32,000 nucleotides of DNA from Candidatus Saccharimonadota bacterium (GTDB taxonomy: Bacteria > Pseudomonadota > Gammaproteobacteria > Enterobacterales > Enterobacteriaceae): NCBI RefSeq assembly GCF_014857065.1, contig NZ_CP046533.1, positions 360,001 to 392,000 of the forward strand. The letters are read 5' to 3'. The notes under the pieces were generated by a model. That model was not told the DNA's origin and ran no database searches. It worked only from the letters and a program-made list of their open reading frames with translations. The position numbers and the translations under genes were made by a program. This document shows positions 1 to 9,241 of this stretch, piece by piece (position 1 is the first letter of the stretch; the number at the start of each line of letters is the position of its first letter).

Positions 1-1775
1 TAATATTCCATAGAAGAAGTATTACCTTTCTTATTAGAAGTAACAACATGGAATCCATGTGTTAAAAAATCTACATATCTCTTTGCTACTTTTACGCTAC
101 TGGTACAATCTACTATCACTGGATTAAACAAATAATGATTTGTTGTTAAAGCAATAATTTTATCCAAATTAGTAATCTCATAACTTCCATTTTCTATTAA
201 AAAATTCTGCCAATTACTCAAATCTAGCCCATATGTATCAATCCTCATAATTCGAGAATTAGCAATACAACATACTCGTAAATCAATATGTTTATTCTTT
301 AGCCAATTATATTGACGATAAATCTGTTTTATTAATGCACAACCTACACCTCCTATACCAATAATAAATACTTCTATAATTTGATTATGATTAAATAATG
401 CCTGATGAACAACGCGCACTCCAGTAACAGTGTTGCTATCATTTACTACAACTGAAATAGAACGTTCTGATGAACCTTGTGCAATGGCAATAATATCAAT
501 ATTAACACTAGATAAAGCACCAAAAAATTTAGTCAGTAACCCAGGTTGAGAACACATACCATTACCAACTATCGAGATAATTGCTAATTTAGTTGTTACG
601 GATAAAGGATTTAAGAGATTATTTTTTAATTCAAGATAAAATTCTTCTTCCAATACTTTACAAGCAGCAGATAAATCTTGATCATAAATACAAAAACTAA
701 TACTATATTCTGAAGAGGATTGGGTAATTAATACAACTGAACAATTAACACGAGAAATTGCAGCAAAGACTCTAGCCGCCATACCAATCATACCTTTCAT
801 TCCATGGCCAGAAACATTAATCAAACTCAAATTTTTCAAATAAGTAATGCCTTTTACAATAAGATTTTGTTCTTTGTTATTAATAGGACCAATAAGAGTA
901 CCTGGTGCTTGAATGTTAGTGATATTTTTTATAAGACAAGGTATTCGAAACTGAGCAATAGGTGATATAGTACGTGGATGTAAAACTTGAGCACCAAAAT
1001 AAGAAAGTTCCATTGCTTCTTCATAAGATAAAAAACGCAATAACTGAGCATCAGGAACTTGTCGTGGGTCACAGGTATATACGCCATCAACATCAGTCCA
1101 AATTTCGCAACAAGTAGCACGTAAACATGCTGCTAATACTGCAGCAGAATAATCAGATCCATTTCTGCCTAATGCTACCAACTCCCCTCGTTCATTACCA
1201 GCAGTAAAACCAGCCATTAAAATTATGGCATCAATAGGAATAACAACGGTTTGAATTCGTTTAGTGGATGCCCGAATATCTACCATAGAAGCTAAATAGC
1301 TACCGTATGCTAATAATTTTTCTACCGGATCAATAACAGTTACACCAAAACCACGAGAAATTAATAGTTCCTGCATTAAAAAGATAGATAATTTTTCTCC
1401 TAAACAAATAATTGTTGCATTAATACTATCAGGACAATACTTTAATAATGAAATTCCATATAATAATTGTTCAAGAGAAGTAAATTCTTGATTAATTAGA
1501 TCATTTAACTTCAAATAATTAAATCTTGGTTCTAAGTGCATTAAATTACTTGATAATTCTAAGAAAAATTTTTTTACATCATGAAAATCGCTTAAAAAAT
1601 CTATGTTACTTAAAGTTTTATTAATCATTGTTATTAAATGATTAGTAATTTTTGCTGGCGCAGACAAAACAACAGCAACTTGTCCTTGCTTAACATAAGT
1701 CTCCAAGATATTGGCAACACGAACAAAACATTTAGCATTAGCAACTGAAGTGCCACCAAATTTCAAAACTCGCAT
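1..1775 (-). CDS. thrA: bifunctional aspartokinase I / homoserine dehydrogenase I; about 591 N-terminal codons, with the 3' end running off the left edge
   Basis: It is absent from the ORF track because it is edge-truncated. Reverse-strand translation from the ATG at 1775-1773 reads [47 protein letters not shown], close to the E. coli ThrA N-terminus. The same frame at 59-3 reads [19 protein letters not shown] (homoserine dehydrogenase domain). An AGGAG Shine-Dalgarno sits at 1786-1782, 6 nt before the ATG. No complete ORF starting at 1775 is listed, which fits a frame that stays open to the edge. Confidence 0.9.
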   Translation of the reverse strand, partial: MRVLKFGGTSVANAKCFVRVANILETYVKQGQVAVVLSAPAKITNHLITMINKTLSNIDFLSDFHDVKKFFLELSSNLMHLEPRFNYLKLNDLINQEFTSLEQLLYGISLLKYCPDSINATIICLGEKLSIFLMQELLISRGFGVTVIDPVEKLLAYGSYLASMVDIRASTKRIQTVVIPIDAIILMAGFTAGNERGELVALGRNGSDYSAAVLAACLRATCCEIWTDVDGVYTCDPRQVPDAQLLRFLSYEEAMELSYFGAQVLHPRTISPIAQFRIPCLIKNITNIQAPGTLIGPINNKEQNLIVKGITYLKNLSLINVSGHGMKGMIGMAARVFAAISRVNCSVVLITQSSSEYSISFCIYDQDLSAACKVLEEEFYLELKNNLLNPLSVTTKLAIISIVGNGMCSQPGLLTKFFGALSSVNIDIIAIAQGSSERSISVVVNDSNTVTGVRVVHQALFNHNQIIEVFIIGIGGVGCALIKQIYRQYNWLKNKHIDLRVCCIANSRIMRIDTYGLDLSNWQNFLIENGSYEITNLDKIIALTTNHYLFNPVIVDCTSSVKVAKRYVDFLTHGFHVVTSNKKGNTSSMEY

Positions 1776-2266
1776 GAAAAGCTCCTAAATTTTTAAGGTA
1801 AGTAACTTACATAAATTAAATGAAAAATATAAAATTACACAAGTCTTTTATATTCATCAATATTGCTGTAAAGAACAACATAATCACCACTGTTGACTAT
1901 AATTTTAACGTTAGTAAACAAAAAATAAATTTAAATAATAAATAATATTTTAATTAAATTTAATTTAAATAAATTTAATGCAATCATAAAATAAAAACAT
2001 AAAAAAATATCAAAAGTTAAAAATAAAAACATATCATAGTTATTTCTATATTAAATTTAATAATGCAGAAATTTAGAAAATAATAGATAATTTAAAATAT
2101 AAAATTAAACCTAATATATACGCAATTGATACATATTAAAATCTGATGAAAGTATTCTATAATAATTTTTTTAAAATTTACAATATTTTTGTTCATTAAA
2201 TATTGTTGAACAAATAAGATATGAAATAAAAATTTATATTTTATTTAATTTAAGCATTTTAGAAAA

Positions 2267-2335
2267 TAACATAATAAATTAATTTAAATTATTAATAATT
2301 TTTTTATTAATAATTTAAATTAATTTATTATGTTA
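2267..2335. repeat. perfect palindrome/hairpin with 32-bp arms and a 5-nt loop
   Basis: The arm at 2267-2298 (taacataataaattaatttaaattattaataa) pairs with 2304-2335 with no mismatches. The loop is ttttt (2299-2303). All 32 positions were checked one by one. The only G:C pair is 2270/2332. Confidence 0.95.
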
Positions 2336-2635
2336 AATATACAAATATTTTTGCTAAATATTAAAATAAAAATAAATATATTCATAACAATTACAATTGA
2401 AATATTAATAAACAAAATCTATTTAAAAGATATGATTTTAAAATTAATAATTAAAATATAAAATATTAAATTAATTTATCTTTAAAGTAAAATCTCAATA
2501 AAACAAAAATAACATAACAAATATTTAATAAATAAAATAACATAAAACACATAACAATTTCTACTTTAATAGAATACAAAAACATTTATCAAAATTTTCA
2601 ATGAAAATTCATAACTCAAAATAATATATAAATTA

Positions 2636-3052
2636 TCAATTTTCATTTCGAATAACAAAACCATAACTATTAATTTGCTTCCACAAATCCTTTTTTACTT
2701 CAGGATTATTACAAATAATGGATAAAGACGGTGTATTAAGAACAACACCATTAAAATCACGAACAGGATTAACATTCATCCACCAAACATGGTAAGTTAT
2801 CATTTCTTCAGAAATCAATCTTACTTGTTTAGGATGCAAAATTAAGAACTGCTCTATAGATAAAGACATACTACGTGCAACATCACAAAAAAACTGATGT
2901 GTACCCAACATAGGTAAAACATCAGTTGTGACTAATAATAAACAAATATAAGATGGTAATGTTATCGAAACGTCATTACTAACGATTAAATGCCGTCTAA
3001 GTCTCCATTGAACAATACCCAAATTATGTAATAACCAATTATATCTTTTCAT
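2636..3052 (-). CDS. holD: DNA polymerase III psi subunit
   Basis: The N-terminus MKRYNWLLHNLGIVQWRLRR resembles E. coli HolD MTSRRDWQLQQLGITQWSLRR, and the C-terminal DLWKQINSYGF resembles ALWQQICTYEHDFF. Length is similar (about 138 aa). The ORF track starts at a GTG (3055); the adjacent ATG at 3052 is the more likely start. Confidence 0.75.
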   Translation of the reverse strand: MKRYNWLLHNLGIVQWRLRRHLIVSNDVSITLPSYICLLLVTTDVLPMLGTHQFFCDVARSMSLSIEQFLILHPKQVRLISEEMITYHVWWMNVNPVRDFNGVVLNTPSLSIICNNPEVKKDLWKQINSYGFVIRNEN

Positions 3053-3171
3053 CACTTACCAATTACAAATTTTATAAAATCCACCAGTCAAAATTCTATA
3101 ACAAAGATATCTCTAATCTAAACTAGATAAATTAATTCAAAAAGTCACAATTATTAAAATAAAATACATTG

Positions 3172-4875
3172 CTATATATTAGAATTACGAAAAACATTGC
3201 CTATAAATTGAATATTTATCGGTTTATTTAAAATACGTATACGATTAAATACTGATAGAATTTTAGGAGATACAATTTTAGGTAATTCAATTGTGGAATA
3301 AGAAGCAAATAATCTAATTGCTCCTATACAACAATTAATATTTCCTTTGTTATTATTAATTGCTCCAACAATATGACTTATTTTGATGCCATGATTACGG
3401 CCTAACTCAATGCGATAAAGTCCCATTTCACCAAATTGATATTTATTATATATATTAGATAAAGTGCCTTTTTTTTCGCAATACGCAAAATTTCTACCAT
3501 GAACATCTCTCTTACTCCTATTGCGAGTTGAAACAAAATGCTTCACCGAAGGGTTAAAATATGAAGCCAATCTTTTACTACCTTGCACCATTCTTAATAA
3601 AATAGCAGCAAGTCTCTCTGTATCTAAATAATCAATTTTAGACCTTATTTTAGCTAATAATTTAAGATAAATATCCAAATCATTATGTTTCAACTGAAGC
3701 TCTAGTTGCGCAGAAAACTTTTCTAATCTACGAGCAATTAAAACATCAAACGACGGTAAAGAAATTTCAGTAATAACGGAATTAATCACTCTTTCAATAT
3801 TACGCAATAACTTATATTCAGAACGTCCTACAAACAACAACGACTGACCAACCCGACCAGCACGCCCAGTACGTCCAATACGATGTACATAAGATTCAGC
3901 ATCCAAAGGAACATCATAATTAATAACCAAACTAACACGATCTACATCTAATCCACGAGCAGCAATATCTGTGGCAATAAGAATATCAAATTTACCACTT
4001 TTAAATCTATTTAATGTCTGTTGACGCAAAGTTTGAGACATATCACCATTTAATGCAGCACTATTATAACCATTTTTTTCTAATATTTCAGTAACTTCAA
4101 CACTAGAACTTTTAGTGCGTACAAAAACAATAACAGCATCAAAATTTTCAATTTCTATAAAACGCATTAAAGCTTCACTTTTATGGATGCCATACATTAA
4201 ACAATAATATTGCTTAATATCTGAACAAGCACTAGTTCCAGAATGAATAAAAATTTCTTTAGGATTCTTCATAAAACGATGAACAATACGCCTAATAGCT
4301 GACGGTAACGTAGCAGAAAACAAAGCAGTTTGATGCTTGACAGGAATTTTTAACAAAATACTTTCAACATCATCAATAAAACCCATACGTAACATTTCAT
4401 CAGCTTCATCTAATACTAAACTATGCAATTTAGTTAAATCTAATGTGCCACGACCTAAATGATCCAACAACCTACCAGGAGTACCTACTATAATATGAGC
4501 CCCTTTATTTAAAGCACGAAATTGTATATCATAACGCTGACCGCCATATATTGGAACAATATAGATATCAGGAAGATATTTTGCTAAACTAGAACATACT
4601 GTACTAATTTGAATAGCTAATTCACGAGTCGGAGTCAAAACTAATACTTGTGTGGCCATCAATTTAGAATCCACATTCTGTAATAATGGCAAAACAAACG
4701 CTGCAGTTTTACCGCTACCCGTTTGTGCCATACCCAGAACATCAAGACCAGCTAATAAATGCGGAATACATTTAGCTTGAATTGGAGAAGGTTCTTTATA
4801 ACCAAGATCTTTCAAAGCATTGATAATGAAACTATTTAAACCTAAATTAATAAAAGAACTATTTTTTATTAACAT
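3172..4875 (-). CDS. deaD: ATP-dependent DEAD-box RNA helicase DeaD/CsdA
   Basis: All helicase motifs are present: AQTGSGKTAAF, PTRELA, TPGRLLD, DEADEML, SAT, ARGLD, HRIGRTGRAG. The protein is collinear with E. coli DeaD, including the C-terminal YRIE.GR..G....HIVGAI segment. The Arg/Gly-rich tail is missing (567 vs 629 aa). A GAGG Shine-Dalgarno lies upstream. Confidence 0.95.
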   Translation of the reverse strand: MLIKNSSFINLGLNSFIINALKDLGYKEPSPIQAKCIPHLLAGLDVLGMAQTGSGKTAAFVLPLLQNVDSKLMATQVLVLTPTRELAIQISTVCSSLAKYLPDIYIVPIYGGQRYDIQFRALNKGAHIIVGTPGRLLDHLGRGTLDLTKLHSLVLDEADEMLRMGFIDDVESILLKIPVKHQTALFSATLPSAIRRIVHRFMKNPKEIFIHSGTSACSDIKQYYCLMYGIHKSEALMRFIEIENFDAVIVFVRTKSSSVEVTEILEKNGYNSAALNGDMSQTLRQQTLNRFKSGKFDILIATDIAARGLDVDRVSLVINYDVPLDAESYVHRIGRTGRAGRVGQSLLFVGRSEYKLLRNIERVINSVITEISLPSFDVLIARRLEKFSAQLELQLKHNDLDIYLKLLAKIRSKIDYLDTERLAAILLRMVQGSKRLASYFNPSVKHFVSTRNRSKRDVHGRNFAYCEKKGTLSNIYNKYQFGEMGLYRIELGRNHGIKISHIVGAINNNKGNINCCIGAIRLFASYSTIELPKIVSPKILSVFNRIRILNKPINIQFIGNVFRNSNI

Positions 4876-5098
4876 TTACAAACCTCATATTCTATATTCA
4901 GATACTTAACTATATATAAGATTTAAATTTATTTAATTCATTTTAGATAAATACAAATAGAACAAAAATTTATATAGTTAATTACTAAATTATTAATCGT
5001 AAATTGAATATCACAATTGTAGATTTTGTCTTCAAAGTTTCTATTAGAAAATATAAACAATTTCAAATAAAAAGAATCGTTGAATAACATTTATTAAA

Positions 5099-7186
5099 TT
5101 ATAAATTAACTTCTTTGATACTTAAACGAATACGCCCTAAACGATCTATCTCTAATACCTTAACTAAAACTTCTTGACCAATTTTTAAATGATCAGTAAC
5201 TTTTTTTATTCTATTTACAGAAATATGAGAAATATGAACTAAACCCTCTTTAGCGCCACAAATAGCAACAAAAGCCCCAAACTCAACAATATGAGTAACT
5301 TTTCCATTATAAATACAACCAATTTCAATTTCAGCAGTAATTTCCTTAATACGACGAATAGCATGGCAAGCCTTCCTTTTATCAACAGCCGATATCTTTA
5401 TGACACCACCGTCTTCAATGTCGATATTTGTACCAGTTTCTTCAGTTAAAGCACGAATAACAGATCCACCTTTACCAATAACATCTTTAATTTTTTCTGG
5501 ATTTATTTTAATGGTATGTATACGAGGCGCAAATTCAGAAATACTACAGCGAGGAGAACATATCACCTCTTCCATCATTCTTAAGATGTGCAACCTTCCA
5601 TATTTTGCTTGATTTAACGCTGCAAATATAATATCGCGGGTTATACCTTCAATTTTAATATCCATTTGTAATGCTGTAATACCACTATAACTACCTGCTA
5701 CTTTAAAATCCATATCTCCTATATGATCCTCATCGCTTAAAATATCGGACAAAATCACAAAATCATCACCTTCCTTTACTAATCCCATGGCAATTCCAGA
5801 AACAGCAGATTTAATAGGAACACCTGCATCCATTAATGCTAGCGAAGCGCCACAAATAGTAGCCATAGAAGAAGAACCATTTGATTCTGTTATCTCTGAT
5901 ACAACACGCACAGTATACGGAAACTCATGCGCTTCTGGCATAACTGCAAGCATACCACGTTTTGCCAATCGGCCATGTCCAATTTCTCTTCTTTTTGGAG
6001 CGCCCACCATCCCAATTTCACCCACACAATAAGGAGGAAAATTATAATGTAGCAAAAAACGATCTACACGTTCACCAATCAATTCATCAATATTTTGTGC
6101 ATTACGTTCAGTGCCAAGTGTAGCAGTAACTAATGCTTGAGTATCACCCCTAGTAAACAATGCAGATCCATGCGTTCTAGGTAATATACCAATACGAATA
6201 TCTAAATTACGTACCATATCCCGTGTCCTTCCATCAATACGTAATTCTCCCCGCAAAATACGACTACGTACAATTTGTTTTTCTAACTGATTTAAAATAC
6301 TTTTAATAACATTAACATTTATAAGATCGCCATTCTTCAACAAAAGATTAATAACTTCTTCTTTAATAAAATTTAACCTAGCACAACGCTGTTTCTTATC
6401 AGCAATCAAGTAAGCCTCACACAAACGAGATTCGGCTAAATCAATCAAATGATCTTGTAATACAAGATCATTCTCTAAAGATTTATAATTCAATTTAGGT
6501 TGACCAATTTCCTTCACAAATGCATTTATATTCTGAATAACAATTTGTTGTTGCTCATGACCGAATAACATTCCATCCAACATTTCCTCTTCGCTTAATA
6601 GATTAGCTTCTGATTCCACCATAAGTATTGCTTTTTCGGTACCAGAAACTACTAAATCTAATTTGCTATTTGCCAATTGATCTAATGTTGGATTAAGTAC
6701 ATATTGATTATCTATATAACCTACACGTGCGGCACCTATCGGTCCATGAAATGGAATATCAGACAAACTTAATGCAGTTGAAACACCTATAATTGCGACA
6801 ATATCCGGATTTATTTGAGGGTTGACTGATATAACAGTAGCAATTATCTGTACCTCATTTAAAAACCCATCCGGAAATAATGGACGTATAGGTCTATCTA
6901 TTAAACGTGATGTTAATATCTCAGTCTCACTAGGACGTCCTTCACGACGGAAGAATCCTCCAGGAAAACGTCCAGCTGCATACGTACGCTCTTGATAATT
7001 AACAAAAAGAGGAAAGAAATCCTGATCAGGATTTCTTTCCTGAAAAACACTTACAACTGTAACAAGTACTGTAGTATCATCCATACTCACCATAACTGCA
7101 GCATTCGCTTGACGAGCTATCAAACCACTTTCAAGCACCACAGTGTGCTTTCCATACAAAAATTTACGAACAAATGAATTTAACAA
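5099..7186 (-). CDS. pnp: polynucleotide phosphorylase
   Basis: The 695 aa product is collinear with E. coli PNPase ([16 protein letters not shown]..., [20 protein letters not shown] and S1 domains). The start codon is TTG (7186-7184), the same non-ATG start used by E. coli pnp. Confidence 0.97.
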   Translation of the reverse strand: MLNSFVRKFLYGKHTVVLESGLIARQANAAVMVSMDDTTVLVTVVSVFQERNPDQDFFPLFVNYQERTYAAGRFPGGFFRREGRPSETEILTSRLIDRPIRPLFPDGFLNEVQIIATVISVNPQINPDIVAIIGVSTALSLSDIPFHGPIGAARVGYIDNQYVLNPTLDQLANSKLDLVVSGTEKAILMVESEANLLSEEEMLDGMLFGHEQQQIVIQNINAFVKEIGQPKLNYKSLENDLVLQDHLIDLAESRLCEAYLIADKKQRCARLNFIKEEVINLLLKNGDLINVNVIKSILNQLEKQIVRSRILRGELRIDGRTRDMVRNLDIRIGILPRTHGSALFTRGDTQALVTATLGTERNAQNIDELIGERVDRFLLHYNFPPYCVGEIGMVGAPKRREIGHGRLAKRGMLAVMPEAHEFPYTVRVVSEITESNGSSSMATICGASLALMDAGVPIKSAVSGIAMGLVKEGDDFVILSDILSDEDHIGDMDFKVAGSYSGITALQMDIKIEGITRDIIFAALNQAKYGRLHILRMMEEVICSPRCSISEFAPRIHTIKINPEKIKDVIGKGGSVIRALTEETGTNIDIEDGGVIKISAVDKRKACHAIRRIKEITAEIEIGCIYNGKVTHIVEFGAFVAICGAKEGLVHISHISVNRIKKVTDHLKIGQEVLVKVLEIDRLGRIRLSIKEVNL

Positions 7187-7361
7187 AGTTATATACCTAT
7201 ATAAAACAAAAACATTTTAAATTATACTAAAATCTTTACAAACATAACAACTCAATAATAATTAACTAAAAAACGATAACTTATTGTAATACAATACCAA
7301 TAGAAGCTATACGTTAACAACAACAAATTTCAAAATACCCTTAATAATTCAACACAACAGC

Positions 7362-7382
7362 AATCTTAAATTATTTAAGATT
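7362..7382 (-). terminator. AT-rich hairpin just downstream of rpsO, a possible rpsO terminator/attenuator ahead of the pnp leader
   Basis: A 9-bp stem pairs 7362-7370 (aatcttaaa) with 7374-7382 (tttaagatt) around a 3-nt loop, about 25 nt after the rpsO stop. The downstream RNA is U-rich (gcuguuguguug). E. coli has a terminator hairpin at this position. The stem is weak and almost all A/T. Confidence 0.3.
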
Positions 7383-7406
7383 TAAAAATACAAAATATTT
7401 TATAAT

Positions 7407-7676
7407 TTAACGACGTAAGTTAAGTCGATCCGTTAAATTAACATAATTTGATATACTTTTATTCTTTAAATAATTTAGCAATTTACGTCGTTGCGATACC
7501 ATACGCAATAAACCACGACGACCGTGATGATCCTTCTTATGGCGTAAGAAATGATTTTGTAAATAATTAATGCGAGCACTCAAAAAAGCAATCTGAACAC
7601 TAGTAGAACCATTATCTTTAATATTTAATCCAAAATCTCGAATTATTTTTGATTTTTCTTCAACACTCAAAAACAT
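7407..7676 (-). CDS. rpsO: 30S ribosomal protein S15
   Basis: The 89 aa product ends with [26 protein letters not shown], typical of S15. An AAGGA Shine-Dalgarno lies upstream. Confidence 0.97.
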   Translation of the reverse strand: MFLSVEEKSKIIRDFGLNIKDNGSTSVQIAFLSARINYLQNHFLRHKKDHHGRRGLLRMVSQRRKLLNYLKNKSISNYVNLTDRLNLRR

Positions 7677-7801
7677 TAAAATATCCTTAATAAACTAAAA
7701 CATCACTAAATAAATAGTAACACCGTTTAATATAATATAAATATTCAATAAAAACTAAAATTTGATTTAATCACAATATTTACATTTCATTAAAATAAAC
7801 A

Positions 7802-8785
7802 TCAAAATATAAAAACTAAAAAAATAACAAAAAATGAAACTAACCTACGAGGTACTAATTGTTGTGTACTAGTAACTTCACCTATACCAATAAATCGTTG
7901 CTCTTCACCTACCGTTACACGCACTAAACAATTATTCAATGAAGTTACAATATTAATAGATTTACCAAGTCTTATTCTATTTGCAATAGATAAAGATAAA
8001 TTAACTGTTGGCATATTTAATAAACCACTATCTATGGGTAACAACAAATCATAAAGACTATTAATTACCGATCCACAAGAAAAATATTCTAATTTACCAT
8101 TTGCTACGTTTTGAATTTTTTCAAAAGTAACCATAGAAGTAGGCAGAAACCTAGATACCATAAGACGACGTAATGAAATAACATGAGCTCCACAACCAAG
8201 ATATATACCAAAATCATCTATAAAAGTACGTACATAAGTTCCTTTAGAACAATGAATCTCTAAAGAAATAATTCTTTTATCCCAATAAAAAACTTTAAGA
8301 TCATAAATACTAATTAATCGCGGAATACGAGATAACTGTATCCCCTTACGAGCATAATCATACAAAGGTCGTCCTCGATATTTCAAAGCAGAAAACATAG
8401 GCGGAGTTTGAAAATTACGTTTTTTAAAATACTCAATAGCCTTATTTAACTTATTTCTATCAAAAACAACAGGACGAACGTTAATAACACGTCCATAAGA
8501 ATCAGCAGTATCTGTACGTTCACCAAATTTAGCAACTACCTTATAACGTTTATCTGCATTTAATAAATATTTAGAAAATTTAGTTGCTTCTCCAAAACAA
8601 ATAGGAAGCATACCAGTTGCCAACGGATCTAAAGTACCAGTATGACCAATTTTCTTAGCACGAAAAAAATCATTTACTTTACGTAATGACCTGTTAGATG
8701 TTTCACCCACAGGTTTATCCAATAATAAAATTCCATGAACATTACGATACTGATTGCAATTATCTAAATAAACCATTATTACCAT
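7802..8785 (-). CDS. truB: tRNA pseudouridine-55 synthase
   Basis: Matches include GILLLDKP.G.TSN, GHTGTLDPLATGMLPICFGEATKF (catalytic Asp motif), IHCSKGTYVRT and CGAHV..LRR. An alternative ATG at 8776 is equally plausible. Either start overlaps the rbfA 3' end. The C-terminal tail SFFVIFLVFIF is encoded by T-runs and is not conserved. Confidence 0.93.
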   Translation of the reverse strand: MVIMVYLDNCNQYRNVHGILLLDKPVGETSNRSLRKVNDFFRAKKIGHTGTLDPLATGMLPICFGEATKFSKYLLNADKRYKVVAKFGERTDTADSYGRVINVRPVVFDRNKLNKAIEYFKKRNFQTPPMFSALKYRGRPLYDYARKGIQLSRIPRLISIYDLKVFYWDKRIISLEIHCSKGTYVRTFIDDFGIYLGCGAHVISLRRLMVSRFLPTSMVTFEKIQNVANGKLEYFSCGSVINSLYDLLLPIDSGLLNMPTVNLSLSIANRIRLGKSINIVTSLNNCLVRVTVGEEQRFIGIGEVTSTQQLVPRRLVSFFVIFLVFIF

Positions 8786-9170
8786 CTATAAATCCATTAT
8801 GTAAATCCATATCTCGTTTAACCACTCTAGTTATCAAACTACACATTCGCATACCTTCTATTAATGATTGATCATAAATAAAAACTAATTTAGGCACAAT
8901 ACGTAAACGCATAAACCTACTCAATAAACAACGAATAAAGCCAGAAGCAGATTGCAAAACACAAACCCCATTTCTTATTTCTACTTCTTTATTTTTATCA
9001 AGAAAAGTAACATAAATTTTAGCATATGCTAAATCTCTAGATATATCTACCCCTGAAACAGTCACTACTCCAATACGACAATCATTGATGCTACGATGTA
9101 AAATTATAGAAATATTTTTCTTAATTTCTTTAGAAAAACGATTTAATCTAATACACTTACTTATAAGCAT
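8760..9170 (-). CDS. rbfA: ribosome-binding factor A
   Basis: Matches to E. coli RbfA include VSGVDISRDLAYAKIYVTFL, ASGFIR.LL...MRLRIVP.L.F.YD.SL.EGMRM. The start is trimmed to the ATG at 9170 (MLISKCIRLNRFSKEIKK), because the 16 residues further upstream in the ORF track have no counterpart in RbfA. Confidence 0.9.
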   Translation of the reverse strand: MLISKCIRLNRFSKEIKKNISIILHRSINDCRIGVVTVSGVDISRDLAYAKIYVTFLDKNKEVEIRNGVCVLQSASGFIRCLLSRFMRLRIVPKLVFIYDQSLIEGMRMCSLITRVVKRDMDLHNGFIDGNNGLFR

Positions 9171-9241
9171 CTTATATCCATTTAAAATAAACAAAAATAA
9201 AATAAAAAAATTTATCATAATTAATTATTTGATTTAAAACA

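Noticed and set aside
929-1120. A 63-aa minus-strand ORF inside thrA.
   Set aside because: It is out of frame with the clearly conserved thrA reading frame on the same strand. The peptide is low-complexity and hydrophobic, so it is a by-product of AT-rich sequence.
4906-4981. An 11-bp inverted repeat (ttaactatata ... tatatagttaa) separated by 54 nt in the deaD upstream region. Also small AT hairpins at 2188-2214 and 2593-2609.
   Set aside because: These are short, all-A/T stems of a size expected by chance in roughly 10-15% GC DNA. There is no supporting context beyond position.
5400-7177. Three plus-strand ORFs (5400-5612, 5787-6032, 6992-7177) antisense to pnp.
   Set aside because: They lie entirely inside the strongly conserved pnp CDS on the opposite strand. 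There is no recognisable similarity and no Shine-Dalgarno.
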